A stretch of 64,000 bases of DNA from a bacterium. GTDB lineage: Bacteria; SM23-31. Below the pieces are notes generated by a model that saw nothing but the letters and a program-made list of their open reading frames with translations, searched no databases and was not told the DNA's origin. The stretch lies in NCBI GenBank assembly GCA_965249485.1, contig OZ252239.1:2848001-2912000 (forward strand), read 5' to 3'. How positions within the stretch are numbered: position 1 is the stretch's first letter; every line of letters starts with the position of its first letter. A program made the position numbers and the translations under genes. Positions 20,611 to 30,893 of the stretch are shown here, piece by piece.

Positions 20611-21324
20611 TCATTTTACGATCTCACTATAACGATCACTCAATTCCTGTTTACTGATTTCATATGTAGAAGAAAAATATTTTAGCTCGCCTTTCCGGAT
20701 AATTGCCACATGGGTAGCAATATCATATCCCTGCTCAATATTATGTGTCGTCATAATCCCGGCTCGCTCCGGAGAACTGTAAGCTTGAATCATTGCATTT
20801 AGAATTTCGGAAGCATTCTTGTCAAGCCCCGTATATGGCTCATCAAGCAATACCAGAGAGGGATTATGTAAGAAAGCACGACCAATTGTCAGTCGCTGCT
20901 GCATCCCCCGTGAAAACTTTCCAACTTCATCATCAGCACGTTCGGACAATCCTACAATCTCAAGCTGTACATCGATGCGGCTCATTAAATCAGGTACGTT
21001 ATACAGCTTACCAAAAAACATGAGATTCTCACGTGCTGTCAGGTTGTGATAGAGATAGGTATGATGTGATATAAAACCGATCTGTTTTCGAATGGCATCA
21101 TCCACTTTATTAACTGGCTGATCATTATAAAAGAGTGTCCCTTCGGAAGGAGCCATTACCATTGCAGCTATTTTTAGAAATGTTGTCTTACCAGCACCGT
21201 TCGGACCCAATATAGTTACAAAATCACCTTTATTAATCGTGAGATTAAAGTCTTTGAGTGCCGAAAACCGGCCGAATCGTTTAATAAGTGATTGAGCTTT
21301 TAAAACAGGAATTGACGTTTGCAC
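20611..21324 (-). CDS. ccmA: Heme ABC exporter ATP-binding protein
   Basis: Walker A GPNGAGKTT, FSRGMQQRL, LLDEPYTGLD; ccm context. Confidence 0.9.
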   Translation of the reverse strand: MQTSIPVLKAQSLIKRFGRFSALKDFNLTINKGDFVTILGPNGAGKTTFLKIAAMVMAPSEGTLFYNDQPVNKVDDAIRKQIGFISHHTYLYHNLTARENLMFFGKLYNVPDLMSRIDVQLEIVGLSERADDEVGKFSRGMQQRLTIGRAFLHNPSLVLLDEPYTGLDKNASEILNAMIQAYSSPERAGIMTTHNIEQGYDIATHVAIIRKGELKYFSSTYEISKQELSDRYSEIVK

Positions 21325-21362
21325 GGGAATGTATTTTTTGATCGGATGTGAGGGATTATCTA

Positions 21363-22571
21363 TTACTCAGCCTGATCTATCTTTTTATAAAGTTCTACTA
21401 ACTGATTTTTTAAAAGCGACCGTTTTTTGTGATAGTCTGACTCCTGAATTCTGTGATCTGCAAATGTATCATCAAGCGCTGCTAATTCACTAATTAGCTC
21501 ATTTTTGCGGTTTGAAATCTTCTTGGGAAGTCCTTTTTCCTTTTTTTCTCTAACCGGCGCTTTGTTTCTCGAAAGTGCGGATCCTACTCCAAGCAATCCG
21601 AGAATCATGACAATGAGTAAAACCGATGTTTGCATACCTATTTTACTCGTCGGGACCGCATTCTGTCCGGCAGGAACGCTCGAAAGCGGACTGGGCACAC
21701 CTCCCGCAACTGAAAATGAAAGTTGGTCACCTTTTGAGAGATGTTCACTTGTGTATATACTGAAATCCTGATGAGCGTCTGCACTTGTCAGTACAAGTTG
21801 ACTGCTTTGTAATTCAATATTTGAAGGTGCAGTTATAACCATCAGATTATGCATTTCGTAGAGTACGTTTTCCGAGAAAAAATGCACTTTCTGTGCATAA
21901 TCCACATGATAAGATACCGAAACCTGAGTTACACCCGGTTTGATTGGATAATTTATTGCAAACACATCAGGTCTGTCTGTGCTGATAGGATCCTGATTTA
22001 TCGGCACAAGACCAGTATTCACCGTAATATAGTTTATTCCGTGGCTGTTCTCAGGTATCGCAAACAAAAACGTGCCTTCTTCATTTAAATATGTGCCTGG
22101 GATTTCGGATTCATTTGAAACATTGTACGTTTTTAAGATCTGAAGCGTCGTTCCGGACATTGAAATCTGGTATTGTGCATTTGTCACGCTAAGATCATTT
22201 TGTGAACCGGTCTGTTCATATACGACTAATTCAACCGATACAGATTCTTTACCTGGCGGAATAGTTACATTCGCATTATACAATATACCTTTATACTCTG
22301 CTTGCAACAGGTATGGTCGTTCTGTGGATGACGGTATATTATCAAATGTGAATGAACCTTCAACATTCTTCAAGTCGTCTATAATGTCCATGCCTGTTTC
22401 AAATCCCATAAGGGTCAAGCTTGCAACTTGTGCGCTGCCTCCGGTTGTACCATTTTTTATAGTACCATTGATTATACTTGTCTGAGCATACGATGCTGAT
22501 GCATGGGTCAGCACTAAGATTGCAAAGATGCCAAATAAAGTCGTATAGTATTTCAGTAATGATTTGATCAT
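21363..22571 (-). CDS. Exported beta-rich protein with C-terminal TM anchor and coiled tail (ccm-associated hypothetical)
   Basis: Signal peptide (ASASYA-Q), C-terminal TM, ELAALDD..Y..KR tail resembling CcmI-type helices. Confidence 0.6.
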   Translation of the reverse strand: MIKSLLKYYTTLFGIFAILVLTHASASYAQTSIINGTIKNGTTGGSAQVASLTLMGFETGMDIIDDLKNVEGSFTFDNIPSSTERPYLLQAEYKGILYNANVTIPPGKESVSVELVVYEQTGSQNDLSVTNAQYQISMSGTTLQILKTYNVSNESEIPGTYLNEEGTFLFAIPENSHGINYITVNTGLVPINQDPISTDRPDVFAINYPIKPGVTQVSVSYHVDYAQKVHFFSENVLYEMHNLMVITAPSNIELQSSQLVLTSADAHQDFSIYTSEHLSKGDQLSFSVAGGVPSPLSSVPAGQNAVPTSKIGMQTSVLLIVMILGLLGVGSALSRNKAPVREKKEKGLPKKISNRKNELISELAALDDTFADHRIQESDYHKKRSLLKNQLVELYKKIDQAE

Positions 22572-22587
22572 ATATAAAATTCTGATT

Positions 22588-23040
22588 TTATTGTTTTAAC
22601 TTTGCTCCGCATTTTGAGCAGAAGTTACTACTGGTTATATTTTCATTCGAACAAACTTCGCATATGATGAACCTATCAGCAAGCACAACGACGGCCGGAG
22701 ATTTTCGTTTGATAGCAATCTCCGATTCTATCTGTTTTCTGACATCAGATGAGCTGTCTTGACCTCCTAGTAACTCTATCTCTTGTGTTACTGATTTCAG
22801 ACGCAATAAATAGGCTGCTCTCAGCTTACCATAATCGCCTTTTGACAGCATACCGGTCGCATGTTCAAGATTGGTATCACGTAAACTAGATCGGAGGAAC
22901 TCATTTCTCGTCCTTAGTTCCTTAATCCGAACCTGCTTCTTCGTAACAAACCTGTTCGGCAATTTCCCTTTTGTCATAAAGGGTGTTAAAACATACAACG
23001 TACTAACAAGGATAATCGAAATCAGTGTAATTATAATCAT
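22588..23040 (-). CDS. CcmI-like membrane protein with C-terminal zinc ribbon
   Basis: N-terminal TM, LRD..LE...G.LS..DY helix, CEVC...NFCSKCG. Confidence 0.65.
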   Translation of the reverse strand: MIIITLISIILVSTLYVLTPFMTKGKLPNRFVTKKQVRIKELRTRNEFLRSSLRDTNLEHATGMLSKGDYGKLRAAYLLRLKSVTQEIELLGGQDSSSDVRKQIESEIAIKRKSPAVVVLADRFIICEVCSNENITSSNFCSKCGAKLKQ

Positions 23041-23054
23041 AGGGATTTTAATTA

Positions 23055-25079
23055 TTAAGAAACATCTTCCGTTTCAGATTTCTTTACAGCAAGCTCCTCA
23101 TACGCAGATAGAGAGCGATGTGTTACCGAATCGGGAATCATTGCTATCAGGCTTCCAAGGATGAGAACAAGACCACCGAGCCACACAAAAATTATCAACG
23201 GATTTACATACGTATTCAATACCGCTCTATCGTCCGCAGGGATTTCTGAATAAACAATGTATAAATCCTCCGTGAACGTTGAATAGATAGCGACCTCGGT
23301 TGTGGGTTGCTCACTGGCAAAATAATAGCGTTTTTGTGCTACTTCATTGGAAACAACTTTTCCCTCTTTTAGAACAGAAAGATACACTTCACTGTATTCA
23401 TAGAGTTCTGTTCTGTCATTAAGAACTTTGTCCAGACGAAGTTCAAACGGCCCGGTTACCATCGACTCCCCTATCTTAAGATCGGCTTTACTTTCGATAT
23501 TAAATGCATTACCGGTAAAACCCATAAATAGAAAAACTATGCCGAAATGAACAATATATCCTCCATAACGGCGTGTATTTCGCAGAGTAAGATTCACAAA
23601 CGCTTTCGGATACGGTTCACCGAGGTTTTTATGCCGGGCTCTCATTCCTTTTGCAAATTCCTGCACAATCGTAACCGTTACGAAGAAGCATAAAAAAAAT
23701 GAAATAAGCGCAAACATATGATGAACGCCCAACGCATAAAGCACTATTCCAAAAACAATCGAGAGGTTAACCGGAAAGAAAAAATTTCGTTTAAGGCTGT
23801 AATTGGATGTTCTTCTCCATGCAAAGAGAGGTCCGACACCGGTTAAAAAGAGAAGAAAAAGCCCAATCGGAATGTTGATCCTGTTAAAATAAGGAGCACC
23901 GACTGTTATCTGTGTACCCCGTACCCATTCAGATAGGACAGGGAATATTGTTCCCCAGAGTATTGCGAGCATTGCACCAACAAGTATCAGATTATTAAAG
24001 AGAAAACTGCTCTCTCTCGATACAAGCGAGTCTAGATTGTTTTCACTTTTCAGATCGGGTAGCCGCTTGAAAAGCAGTAACAAAGATACAGTTATCATAA
24101 AGAGTAGAAATGTACTAAAAGCCGGTCCGATAGACGATTGTGCAAATGAGTGCACAGAGGAAACTATACCGCTTCGAGTAAGAAATGTACCGAAAATACA
24201 CAGAGTAAAGGTCAGTAAGATAAGCACAATATTCCAAACTTTGAGCATCCCCCTTTTTTCCTGAATAATAACCGAATGGAGATATGCGGTACTCGTCAAC
24301 CATGGCATGATCGACGCATTTTCTACCGGATCCCATGCCCAATAACCACCCCATCCGAGTTCAACATATGCCCATTTGCCACCAAGCAATACTCCTGTAC
24401 TCAAAACCATCCATGCGAAGATTGTCCACCTTCGGGTAGTACGAATCCAATTAGGGTTGAGCTTACCAGTTACCAGAGCACCTATTGCAAACGCAAACGG
24501 GACTAAAAATCCTGAATATCCGACAAACAATACGGGGGGATGAATGACCATAGCCCAGTACTGCAACAGAGGATTCAATCCGTTTCCGTCGGGTGGCGCA
24601 AAAGGAATTCCCCCGGTTGGTGTATGAAACATCCATTGATCAAACGGATTGGAAATGAACAAGCTTAGGAAAATAAAAAATAGGAGAACCGTACTCATTG
24701 TTACCATAACATAGGGCATAAGTTCACGATTATGTTCTCTGTTCTGATAAACTGCAACTATTGATATTACACTGAGAATAAGGAGCCAGAACAAAAGAGA
24801 TCCTGCCTGACCTGCCCAAAAACCGGCAAATTTGTAAAAAAGCGGCAGTGCCTGATTCGAATAACTCGAAACGTATGTATAGCTAAAATCACTCATTACA
24901 ATTAGCGAGATAAGTGAAGCTGAAGCGAGACCAACCATAGCACAACTTGCATACATGCTCCGTTCCGCACTTATCACAAGATCATTTCTTCGGCGGGAAG
25001 CACCAATGAGTGATGCAACAATTGCAAATAAAGAAAGGGAAAACGCAACTATGAGTGCAAAATTACCTACTGTTCCCAT
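23055..25079 (-). CDS. ccmF: Cytochrome c heme lyase CcmF
   Basis: WAGQAGSLL.W, GLNPLLQ, HPP, WAYVELGWGGYWAWDPVEN, TRSG..SSVH.FA; start set at MGTVG. Confidence 0.96.
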   Translation of the reverse strand: MGTVGNFALIVAFSLSLFAIVASLIGASRRRNDLVISAERSMYASCAMVGLASASLISLIVMSDFSYTYVSSYSNQALPLFYKFAGFWAGQAGSLLFWLLILSVISIVAVYQNREHNRELMPYVMVTMSTVLLFFIFLSLFISNPFDQWMFHTPTGGIPFAPPDGNGLNPLLQYWAMVIHPPVLFVGYSGFLVPFAFAIGALVTGKLNPNWIRTTRRWTIFAWMVLSTGVLLGGKWAYVELGWGGYWAWDPVENASIMPWLTSTAYLHSVIIQEKRGMLKVWNIVLILLTFTLCIFGTFLTRSGIVSSVHSFAQSSIGPAFSTFLLFMITVSLLLLFKRLPDLKSENNLDSLVSRESSFLFNNLILVGAMLAILWGTIFPVLSEWVRGTQITVGAPYFNRINIPIGLFLLFLTGVGPLFAWRRTSNYSLKRNFFFPVNLSIVFGIVLYALGVHHMFALISFFLCFFVTVTIVQEFAKGMRARHKNLGEPYPKAFVNLTLRNTRRYGGYIVHFGIVFLFMGFTGNAFNIESKADLKIGESMVTGPFELRLDKVLNDRTELYEYSEVYLSVLKEGKVVSNEVAQKRYYFASEQPTTEVAIYSTFTEDLYIVYSEIPADDRAVLNTYVNPLIIFVWLGGLVLILGSLIAMIPDSVTHRSLSAYEELAVKKSETEDVS

Positions 25080-25186
25080 ATATATACTTTCTATTTTTTT
25101 TCGTAATTGTAAAAGGTATAGAAAAAGCAAACCTATGAGGTTTGTCTTATTCTTTTAAATTTTGTACGACTCAAATTTCGAATCTA

Positions 25187-25606
25187 CTAATAATTTGCTT
25201 CTTCCTCATCGAGCATTGCTTCGTATTTTGATGCACATTTTGCCTGAATGTGGTCAGCTTGAAAGACTCCATCAGAAGTAATTTTGCCGGCAACAACTGC
25301 CTGAGAATGATCTTTGAAAGTATCGGGAACCGGACCATCGCCAATATACGCAACCGACAAAGTAATATCATTATAATCAATTTCAAAGGTCATAGGACTT
25401 TGTGAACGGTCAATCGATCCCATAACGACCTGTCCGGCAACACGATAATTATCTTGCATCGCCCTATCCCCAAATTCATCAAGTCGTGCAACAAACTGAT
25501 CTGCAGTAAGATAATAAGAATAATCCTGTTGGAATCCTGTTACTGCAAGATAGATGATAGTCAGAACGATAACCGATATCCCTACAGCAAACTTTTTATT
25601 CTTCAT
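25187..25606 (-). CDS. ccmE: Heme chaperone CcmE, CxxxY variant
   Basis: N-terminal TM, YY.T, G.VPDTF, AKCASKYE in place of HDENY. Confidence 0.92.
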   Translation of the reverse strand: MKNKKFAVGISVIVLTIIYLAVTGFQQDYSYYLTADQFVARLDEFGDRAMQDNYRVAGQVVMGSIDRSQSPMTFEIDYNDITLSVAYIGDGPVPDTFKDHSQAVVAGKITSDGVFQADHIQAKCASKYEAMLDEEEANY

Positions 25607-25682
25607 AATGCCAAACTTTCTATCTATAATTATTGAGCTGCCTCAAGCAGCCTGCTCATACGCTTGAACTATAGCAACATAA

Positions 25683-25711
25683 AATATATCAATTCGTCCA
25701 TTGAAATTCAA
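25683..25711 (-). promoter_or_regulatory. sigma70-type promoter TTGAAT-N17-TATATT upstream of ccmE
   Basis: Read directly from sequence; 17-nt spacer. Confidence 0.55.
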
Positions 25712-25763
25712 GTGAAATCATACATTCCAATTAATAAATACAATTTTTGTTGTTCAGTAAAAA

Positions 25764-25779
25764 TGCAAAATATATGCCA
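25764..25779 (-). promoter_or_regulatory. sigma54 (-24/-12) promoter facing ccmE
   Basis: TGGCAT-ATATT-TTGCA, with exact GG-N10-GC spacing. Confidence 0.65.
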
Positions 25780-25997
25780 ATAAACAACAAAAAAGACCTT
25801 TTTATACAATATCCTCTATTTTTAACTGTAGATTACTCATTTTCTCTTTCATTAATATTTATCAAATGTACATATAGATTCCAAAAAACAATAAATTTTT
25901 ATTCAAATTTTCAAAATATTGTAATTATAAGGTAAGAAAATTGTGGCGTAACAGTATAGTTAATGTCCATAAAAAGATAAAATATAGACAATTTGTT

Positions 25998-27446
25998 TTA
26001 CCCTTTAATAACGCCGATCGGTTTGAGCCGGGCAACTTTTTTTGAAATTCCGGCATTATGGACAACATCGACAACATCTTTGACATCCTTATAAGCGTCC
26101 GGAATTTCTTCTAAGACTGTCCTTTTACCGTGAGACTGGACATAGACTCCTCTTTCTTCAAGTTCCTTGTATATATCTCTACCCCTGCTCGCTTTTACTG
26201 CTTGCTTTCTACTAAGCATACGACCTGCTCCATGACAAGTTGAACCGAATGTCTCCTTAACCGATTGTTCCGTACCGACAAGTACGTAAGAATAGCGCCC
26301 CATGTCACCGGGAATGAGGACCGGCTGTCCGACAGATTTGTAGAGAGAAGGAGTATATTTATGTCCCGGCGGCAGTGCACGCGTTGCGCCTTTCCGGTGT
26401 ACACAAACCTTCCGTTTCTTTCCGTTTATTACATATTCTTCGAATTTTGCGATATTATGGCAAACATCGTACACCAGACTCATTTGAAGCATTCCGGGAG
26501 ACGCACTCATGACTTTTGCAAACGATTCACATGTCCAGTGCATTATTGTCTGGCGGTTTGCCCATGCGTAGTTTGCTGCAGCGGACATTGCTGCAAAATA
26601 ATTTTTCCCCTCGTTGGAATTTATCGGTGTGCACGCCAACTGCCTATCGGGAAGCTCGATGTCATATTTTTTTATACAGTGCATCATCACTTTAAGGTAA
26701 TCATCACAGACCTGATACCCAAATCCACGTGATCCGGTATGGATAATAACTGTAATCCCGTCGAGGTACAACCCAAGCGTTTCAGCTGCTTTTTCGTCAT
26801 AAATTTCTTCAACATACCCAATTTCAAGAAAATGATTGCCGCTTCCGAGTGTACCGACCTGTTTTCTGCCTCGTTCAAGTGCACGTTCACTGATGGTACT
26901 CACGTCGGCACTCCGCAGCTTTCCATTTTCTTCAATCCGATCGATGTCCGATTCTGTTCCAAAACCCCTTTCAACTGCCCACTCGGCACCATTAGCAAGA
27001 AGTTTTTTCAATTCATTAACAGACAGATTTATTGAACTTGATGATCCAACTCCGGTGGGAATTGTTTGATATAGATGTCCAACAAGATCTTTAATTTTCG
27101 GCAGCACCTCATCTTTTGTAAGTGCAGTTCTGAGAAGACGGACACCACAATTTATATCGTATCCGACACCACCCGGTGATATAACTCCATTCTCAATAGC
27201 CATCGCTGCAACACCACCAATTGCAAAACCATAGCCCCAGTGAATATCGGGCATAGCAAGCGACTCGCCAACTATTCCGGGAAGGTGGGCAACATTTACA
27301 ACCTGTTGAATTGCCTGATCGTGGTGAATATCTTTAATGAGAGATTTGTCGGCGAAGATTTTTCCCGGTACCCGCATCTTGCCCGCTTTGGGTATTTCCC
27401 ACCGGTACTCATCGATTTGCCGCAGTTTTGCCTGGGGTTGTTTCAT
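25998..27446 (-). CDS. rtcB: RNA ligase RtcB (tRNA-splicing ligase family)
   Basis: MPDIH.GYGF.IGG, GYDINCG, GTLGSGNHF, HTGSRG, HN, HRKGA, HGAGR. Confidence 0.96.
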   Translation of the reverse strand: MKQPQAKLRQIDEYRWEIPKAGKMRVPGKIFADKSLIKDIHHDQAIQQVVNVAHLPGIVGESLAMPDIHWGYGFAIGGVAAMAIENGVISPGGVGYDINCGVRLLRTALTKDEVLPKIKDLVGHLYQTIPTGVGSSSSINLSVNELKKLLANGAEWAVERGFGTESDIDRIEENGKLRSADVSTISERALERGRKQVGTLGSGNHFLEIGYVEEIYDEKAAETLGLYLDGITVIIHTGSRGFGYQVCDDYLKVMMHCIKKYDIELPDRQLACTPINSNEGKNYFAAMSAAANYAWANRQTIMHWTCESFAKVMSASPGMLQMSLVYDVCHNIAKFEEYVINGKKRKVCVHRKGATRALPPGHKYTPSLYKSVGQPVLIPGDMGRYSYVLVGTEQSVKETFGSTCHGAGRMLSRKQAVKASRGRDIYKELEERGVYVQSHGKRTVLEEIPDAYKDVKDVVDVVHNAGISKKVARLKPIGVIKG

Positions 27447-27460
27447 AATGAAAAATTAAT

Positions 27461-28447
27461 TTACTGAGAAGTCAATGACCATGCAGGCCATCTTATTTCG
27501 CCAAAACTATCGGTAATTCTGTGAATATTGCTGCCATCAATTTTCATGATAAATATATCATTTGAGCCATTTGACGGGGATATAAAGACGATTTGCGTAC
27601 CATCCGGAGACCAAGCTGGGTCGAACTCGCTTAATAGTTCATCATTGATTTGGACCTGCTGAGATCCATCTGAATTCATGACATTTATTTTATTCAGACT
27701 AGATTTTCTTGTGTGGAATGCAATCATTGATCCGTCCGGGGACCAGGATGGCTTATTATCATTATAGATACTTTTTGTCAAATTAACCTGATTTGAACCA
27801 TCGATGTTCATACAATATATTTCCCGGTTGCCGTCTCTGTCCGAAGCAAATGCAATCCTAGAACCTACCGGGGACCAGACAGGATCGAATTCGTCAGCAT
27901 TGTTGTCGGTTAACCTGACTTTATTTGAACCATCGGCATCCATAATATAAACTTCACGGTTTCCATTCCCTGTTGATACATATACTAATTGTGAGCCATC
28001 CGGGGACCAATGTGGGGCTTCATCGGTAAAATTGTTATTCGTGAGCTGAACTGGATTCGAACCGTCTGCTTCCATTACCATAATCTGATTATTAGTTCTT
28101 CCGCCCATCAACTCATAAGCAATTTTGCTCCCATCGTGAGACCATGCAGGAAAACCGTTTGAAATACCGTCTGCAGAGTCAGTCAGAATCGTAAGGTTTG
28201 AACCATTCTCATCAATGACAAATATTTCGGAGTCGCCTTCATCACCAATTCCTTCGGACATAAATGCAATTCGTTCTTGCAGTAATGTGCTCGGACCCGT
28301 TAGCCGTTTCGCATTACAGCCCAATGCACAGAATGTCAAGAGGCTTGTTATTCCAAGGAGAAGAGAAAAATTAATCGTTGTGCTCGCTTGAATAAGATTA
28401 TATTTTCCTGAATGATCCGTGAAGTTGAACTTGTATCTGATGTGCAT
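27461..28447 (-). CDS. TolB-like beta-propeller (PD40 repeat) lipoprotein
   Basis: Repeated P.WSPDG..I.F units; lipobox-like ALGC; start codon uncertain (28447 or 28471). Confidence 0.85.
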   Translation of the reverse strand: MHIRYKFNFTDHSGKYNLIQASTTINFSLLLGITSLLTFCALGCNAKRLTGPSTLLQERIAFMSEGIGDEGDSEIFVIDENGSNLTILTDSADGISNGFPAWSHDGSKIAYELMGGRTNNQIMVMEADGSNPVQLTNNNFTDEAPHWSPDGSQLVYVSTGNGNREVYIMDADGSNKVRLTDNNADEFDPVWSPVGSRIAFASDRDGNREIYCMNIDGSNQVNLTKSIYNDNKPSWSPDGSMIAFHTRKSSLNKINVMNSDGSQQVQINDELLSEFDPAWSPDGTQIVFISPSNGSNDIFIMKIDGSNIHRITDSFGEIRWPAWSLTSQ

Positions 28448-28474
28448 ATAATTTTTTGTGTATCTTATCAAAAA

Positions 28475-28822
28475 CTACTCTTCAGTCACCACGTTGTTAT
28501 CACCGATGACCCGATAGAAGCATGACCGTTTACCAGTATGACAGGCGACACCCTTTTGCGCAACCTTGACCAATAGTGCATCGGCGTCGCAATCAAATCG
28601 GACTTCTTTCACTCGCTGCGTGTTACCGCTCGTTGCACCTTTTACCCAGTATTCCTGCCGAGAGCGGGACCAGAAACATGTATCCCCCGATTCAAGTGTT
28701 CTTTTCAGGCTTTCACGGTTCATATAAGCAACCATCAGGATTTCGCCATTTTCTGAATCCTGCACTATTGCTGGAATCAAACCCCGTTCGTCATATTTCA
28801 GTTCATCGTAAATCTCGGTCAT
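28475..28822 (-). CDS. hisI: Phosphoribosyl-AMP cyclohydrolase (monofunctional)
   Basis: [34 protein letters not shown]. Confidence 0.96.
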   Translation of the reverse strand: MTEIYDELKYDERGLIPAIVQDSENGEILMVAYMNRESLKRTLESGDTCFWSRSRQEYWVKGATSGNTQRVKEVRFDCDADALLVKVAQKGVACHTGKRSCFYRVIGDNNVVTEE

Positions 28823-29577
28823 ATTATCCTCACTGGTATGTCTCTTTCACGTAAATAGTTTTTGATTTGTTCAATTGTTAAATAGCGGTAATGGAAAATC
28901 GATGCGGCAAGTACAGCATCCGCCTTACCATGAACCGCAGCATCATAGAAATGTTCTGGCTCTCCGCCTCCGCCTGATGCTATTACAGGAATGGACACCA
29001 GACTGTTAACCTGACGCAGAAGTTCTATATCAAATCCCTCCCTGACACCGTCTGTATCCATACTGGTCAGTAAAATTTCACCCGCACCTCTGTCTTCCAC
29101 TTCTTTCACCCATTCAAGCGCATCCCGTTTCATATCTTTAGAGCCGCCATGTGTATAAACGGTCCAACCTTTTTCAACTTTTTTTGCATCTATTGCAACA
29201 ACAGTGCACTGCGATCCAAACATGCGGGCAGAGTTATTGATAAAATCCGGGTTAAGTAAGGCAGCGGTATTTATTGATATTTTATCGGCACCCTGCTTGA
29301 GGATTTCACGAATATCTTCTACCGTCGATATACCCCCACCAATGGTAAAAGGAATAAATATTTGTTTTGCCACGTTCCGGGCTAACTCAATGACAGTTTT
29401 CCGTTTTTCTTTCGAGGCAGTAATATCGAGGAAGACTAGTTCATCCGCACCTTCTTCATCATAAAACTTAGCCTGCTCTACTGGATCGCCCGCATCTTGC
29501 AGCCCTTTAAAATTCACTCCTTTTACAACACGTCCGTCCATCACATCGAGACAGGGTATAATTCTTAATGCAAGCAT
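28819..29577 (-). CDS. hisF: Imidazole glycerol phosphate synthase cyclase subunit
   Basis: [34 protein letters not shown]. Confidence 0.97.
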   Translation of the reverse strand: MLALRIIPCLDVMDGRVVKGVNFKGLQDAGDPVEQAKFYDEEGADELVFLDITASKEKRKTVIELARNVAKQIFIPFTIGGGISTVEDIREILKQGADKISINTAALLNPDFINNSARMFGSQCTVVAIDAKKVEKGWTVYTHGGSKDMKRDALEWVKEVEDRGAGEILLTSMDTDGVREGFDIELLRQVNSLVSIPVIASGGGGEPEHFYDAAVHGKADAVLAASIFHYRYLTIEQIKNYLRERDIPVRII

Positions 29578-30290
29578 TACACAAAATCCTCTATTCGAAT
29601 AGTACCTTCATACACTGCTTTGCCGGAAATCACTCTATCAACACCAAACGATTCGAGTGGAAGCAGCTGTTTTATATCTTCTGGTTTGGAAACACCACCT
29701 GATGCAGTAATACCTGTGTTTGTTTTTTCGGCTATGACCCTGTATGCCTCAATATTTGGTCCTGTCATTGCTCCGTCTCGGTTAATATCGGTCAAAATAT
29801 AGCGCTGAATCCCCTTATTTTGCCATTTTTTTATTTCGTCAATCACAGAGCCTTCCACTAACTCTTTCCAGCCTTTAATTGCAATTTTATCCTCTAGAAA
29901 ATCAAGCCCGATCTGAACATGTTGTCTTCCTGTCGATTCTATAATTGCTTCTGCTAAGTCAGGATTTTTAATTACTACGGTTCCGAGTATGACCTCCGAA
30001 ACACCGGCTTCGATGAGTTGGCAGGCATATTCAGAATCCCGGATTCCTCCTCCGCATTCGACTGGCATTTTCACGGCGCGGCAGATATTTGCAATAATGT
30101 CGAAATTGCTGCTTGTATCGATGACCGCTTTGTCGAGATCAACCACATGAAGCCGTGTAGCTCCCCGGGCTTCAAAATCCTGTGCTACTGCAACAGGGTC
30201 ATCACCGTATTCGGTAACATCATCGTATTTACCCTGAAACAGACGGACGCAGCGCCCTACTCTAATGTCAATAGCCGGTATTAGTTCCAA
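29577..30290 (-). CDS. hisA: ProFAR isomerase
   Basis: IPAIDI...CVRL.QG, HVVDLD, GGGIR, TDI.RDG...GP, SGG. Confidence 0.95.
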   Translation of the reverse strand: MELIPAIDIRVGRCVRLFQGKYDDVTEYGDDPVAVAQDFEARGATRLHVVDLDKAVIDTSSNFDIIANICRAVKMPVECGGGIRDSEYACQLIEAGVSEVILGTVVIKNPDLAEAIIESTGRQHVQIGLDFLEDKIAIKGWKELVEGSVIDEIKKWQNKGIQRYILTDINRDGAMTGPNIEAYRVIAEKTNTGITASGGVSKPEDIKQLLPLESFGVDRVISGKAVYEGTIRIEDFV

Positions 30291-30293
30291 AAA

Positions 30294-30893
30294 TTATATT
30301 GAACAAAAGTTCTTTAAAAGTGAGAGCCCCGTTTGTTGACTTTTTTCCGGATGAAACTGAGCACCATAAATTGAACCTACTCCAACAACCGATACGAACG
30401 TTGTGTTGTACTCGGTTTTTGCAATAATACACTCATCATTATCCGGAACACAATGGTAACTATGAACAAAAAATGCATATTTTCCGTTATCAATATCTTT
30501 ATTAAAAGGTGTTTCGCGGGTAAATTCCAGGCTATTCCAACCCATATGGGGTATTTTCATGTCGCCAGTAAACCGTATAACTTTTCCCGGGACTAACCCC
30601 AAACCCTGACTGATTCCATCTTCTTCACTTTCTGTGAACATAAGCTGCATTCCAAGACAAATTCCAAGGAACGGAATACCTTCCTGAGCTTTTTTGACCA
30701 ATGCATCGGCAAGTCCCAAATCATTCAATTCCTTCATTGCCGGTGCAAAAGCACCGACTCCCGGAAGAATGATTTTTTCTGCTTTATAAACACTATCCGG
30801 GTCCGACACAACAGTTGAATCAATACCGAGATAATTGAGGGCATTGGTAACATTCGCAAGATTCCCCGCACCGTAATCAATAATCGTAATCAT
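30294..30893 (-). CDS. hisH: Imidazole glycerol phosphate synthase glutaminase subunit
   Basis: IIDYGAGN, LPGVGAF, GICLGMQ, QFHPEKS; start at MITII. Confidence 0.96.
   Translation of the reverse strand: MITIIDYGAGNLANVTNALNYLGIDSTVVSDPDSVYKAEKIILPGVGAFAPAMKELNDLGLADALVKKAQEGIPFLGICLGMQLMFTESEEDGISQGLGLVPGKVIRFTGDMKIPHMGWNSLEFTRETPFNKDIDNGKYAFFVHSYHCVPDNDECIIAKTEYNTTFVSVVGVGSIYGAQFHPEKSQQTGLSLLKNFCSI

Noticed and set aside
27480..28260. Periodic similarity in the TolB-like gene, considered as a CRISPR or DNA repeat array
   Set aside because: It is protein-level PD40 repetition with degenerate codons; there are no identical repeats, spacers or cas genes
28400..28447. YKFNFTDHSG upstream of rtcB resembles the archease N-terminal DH motif
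   Set aside because: The match is only a few residues, lacks the following Asp, and runs in frame into a lipoprotein signal; no archease body is visible
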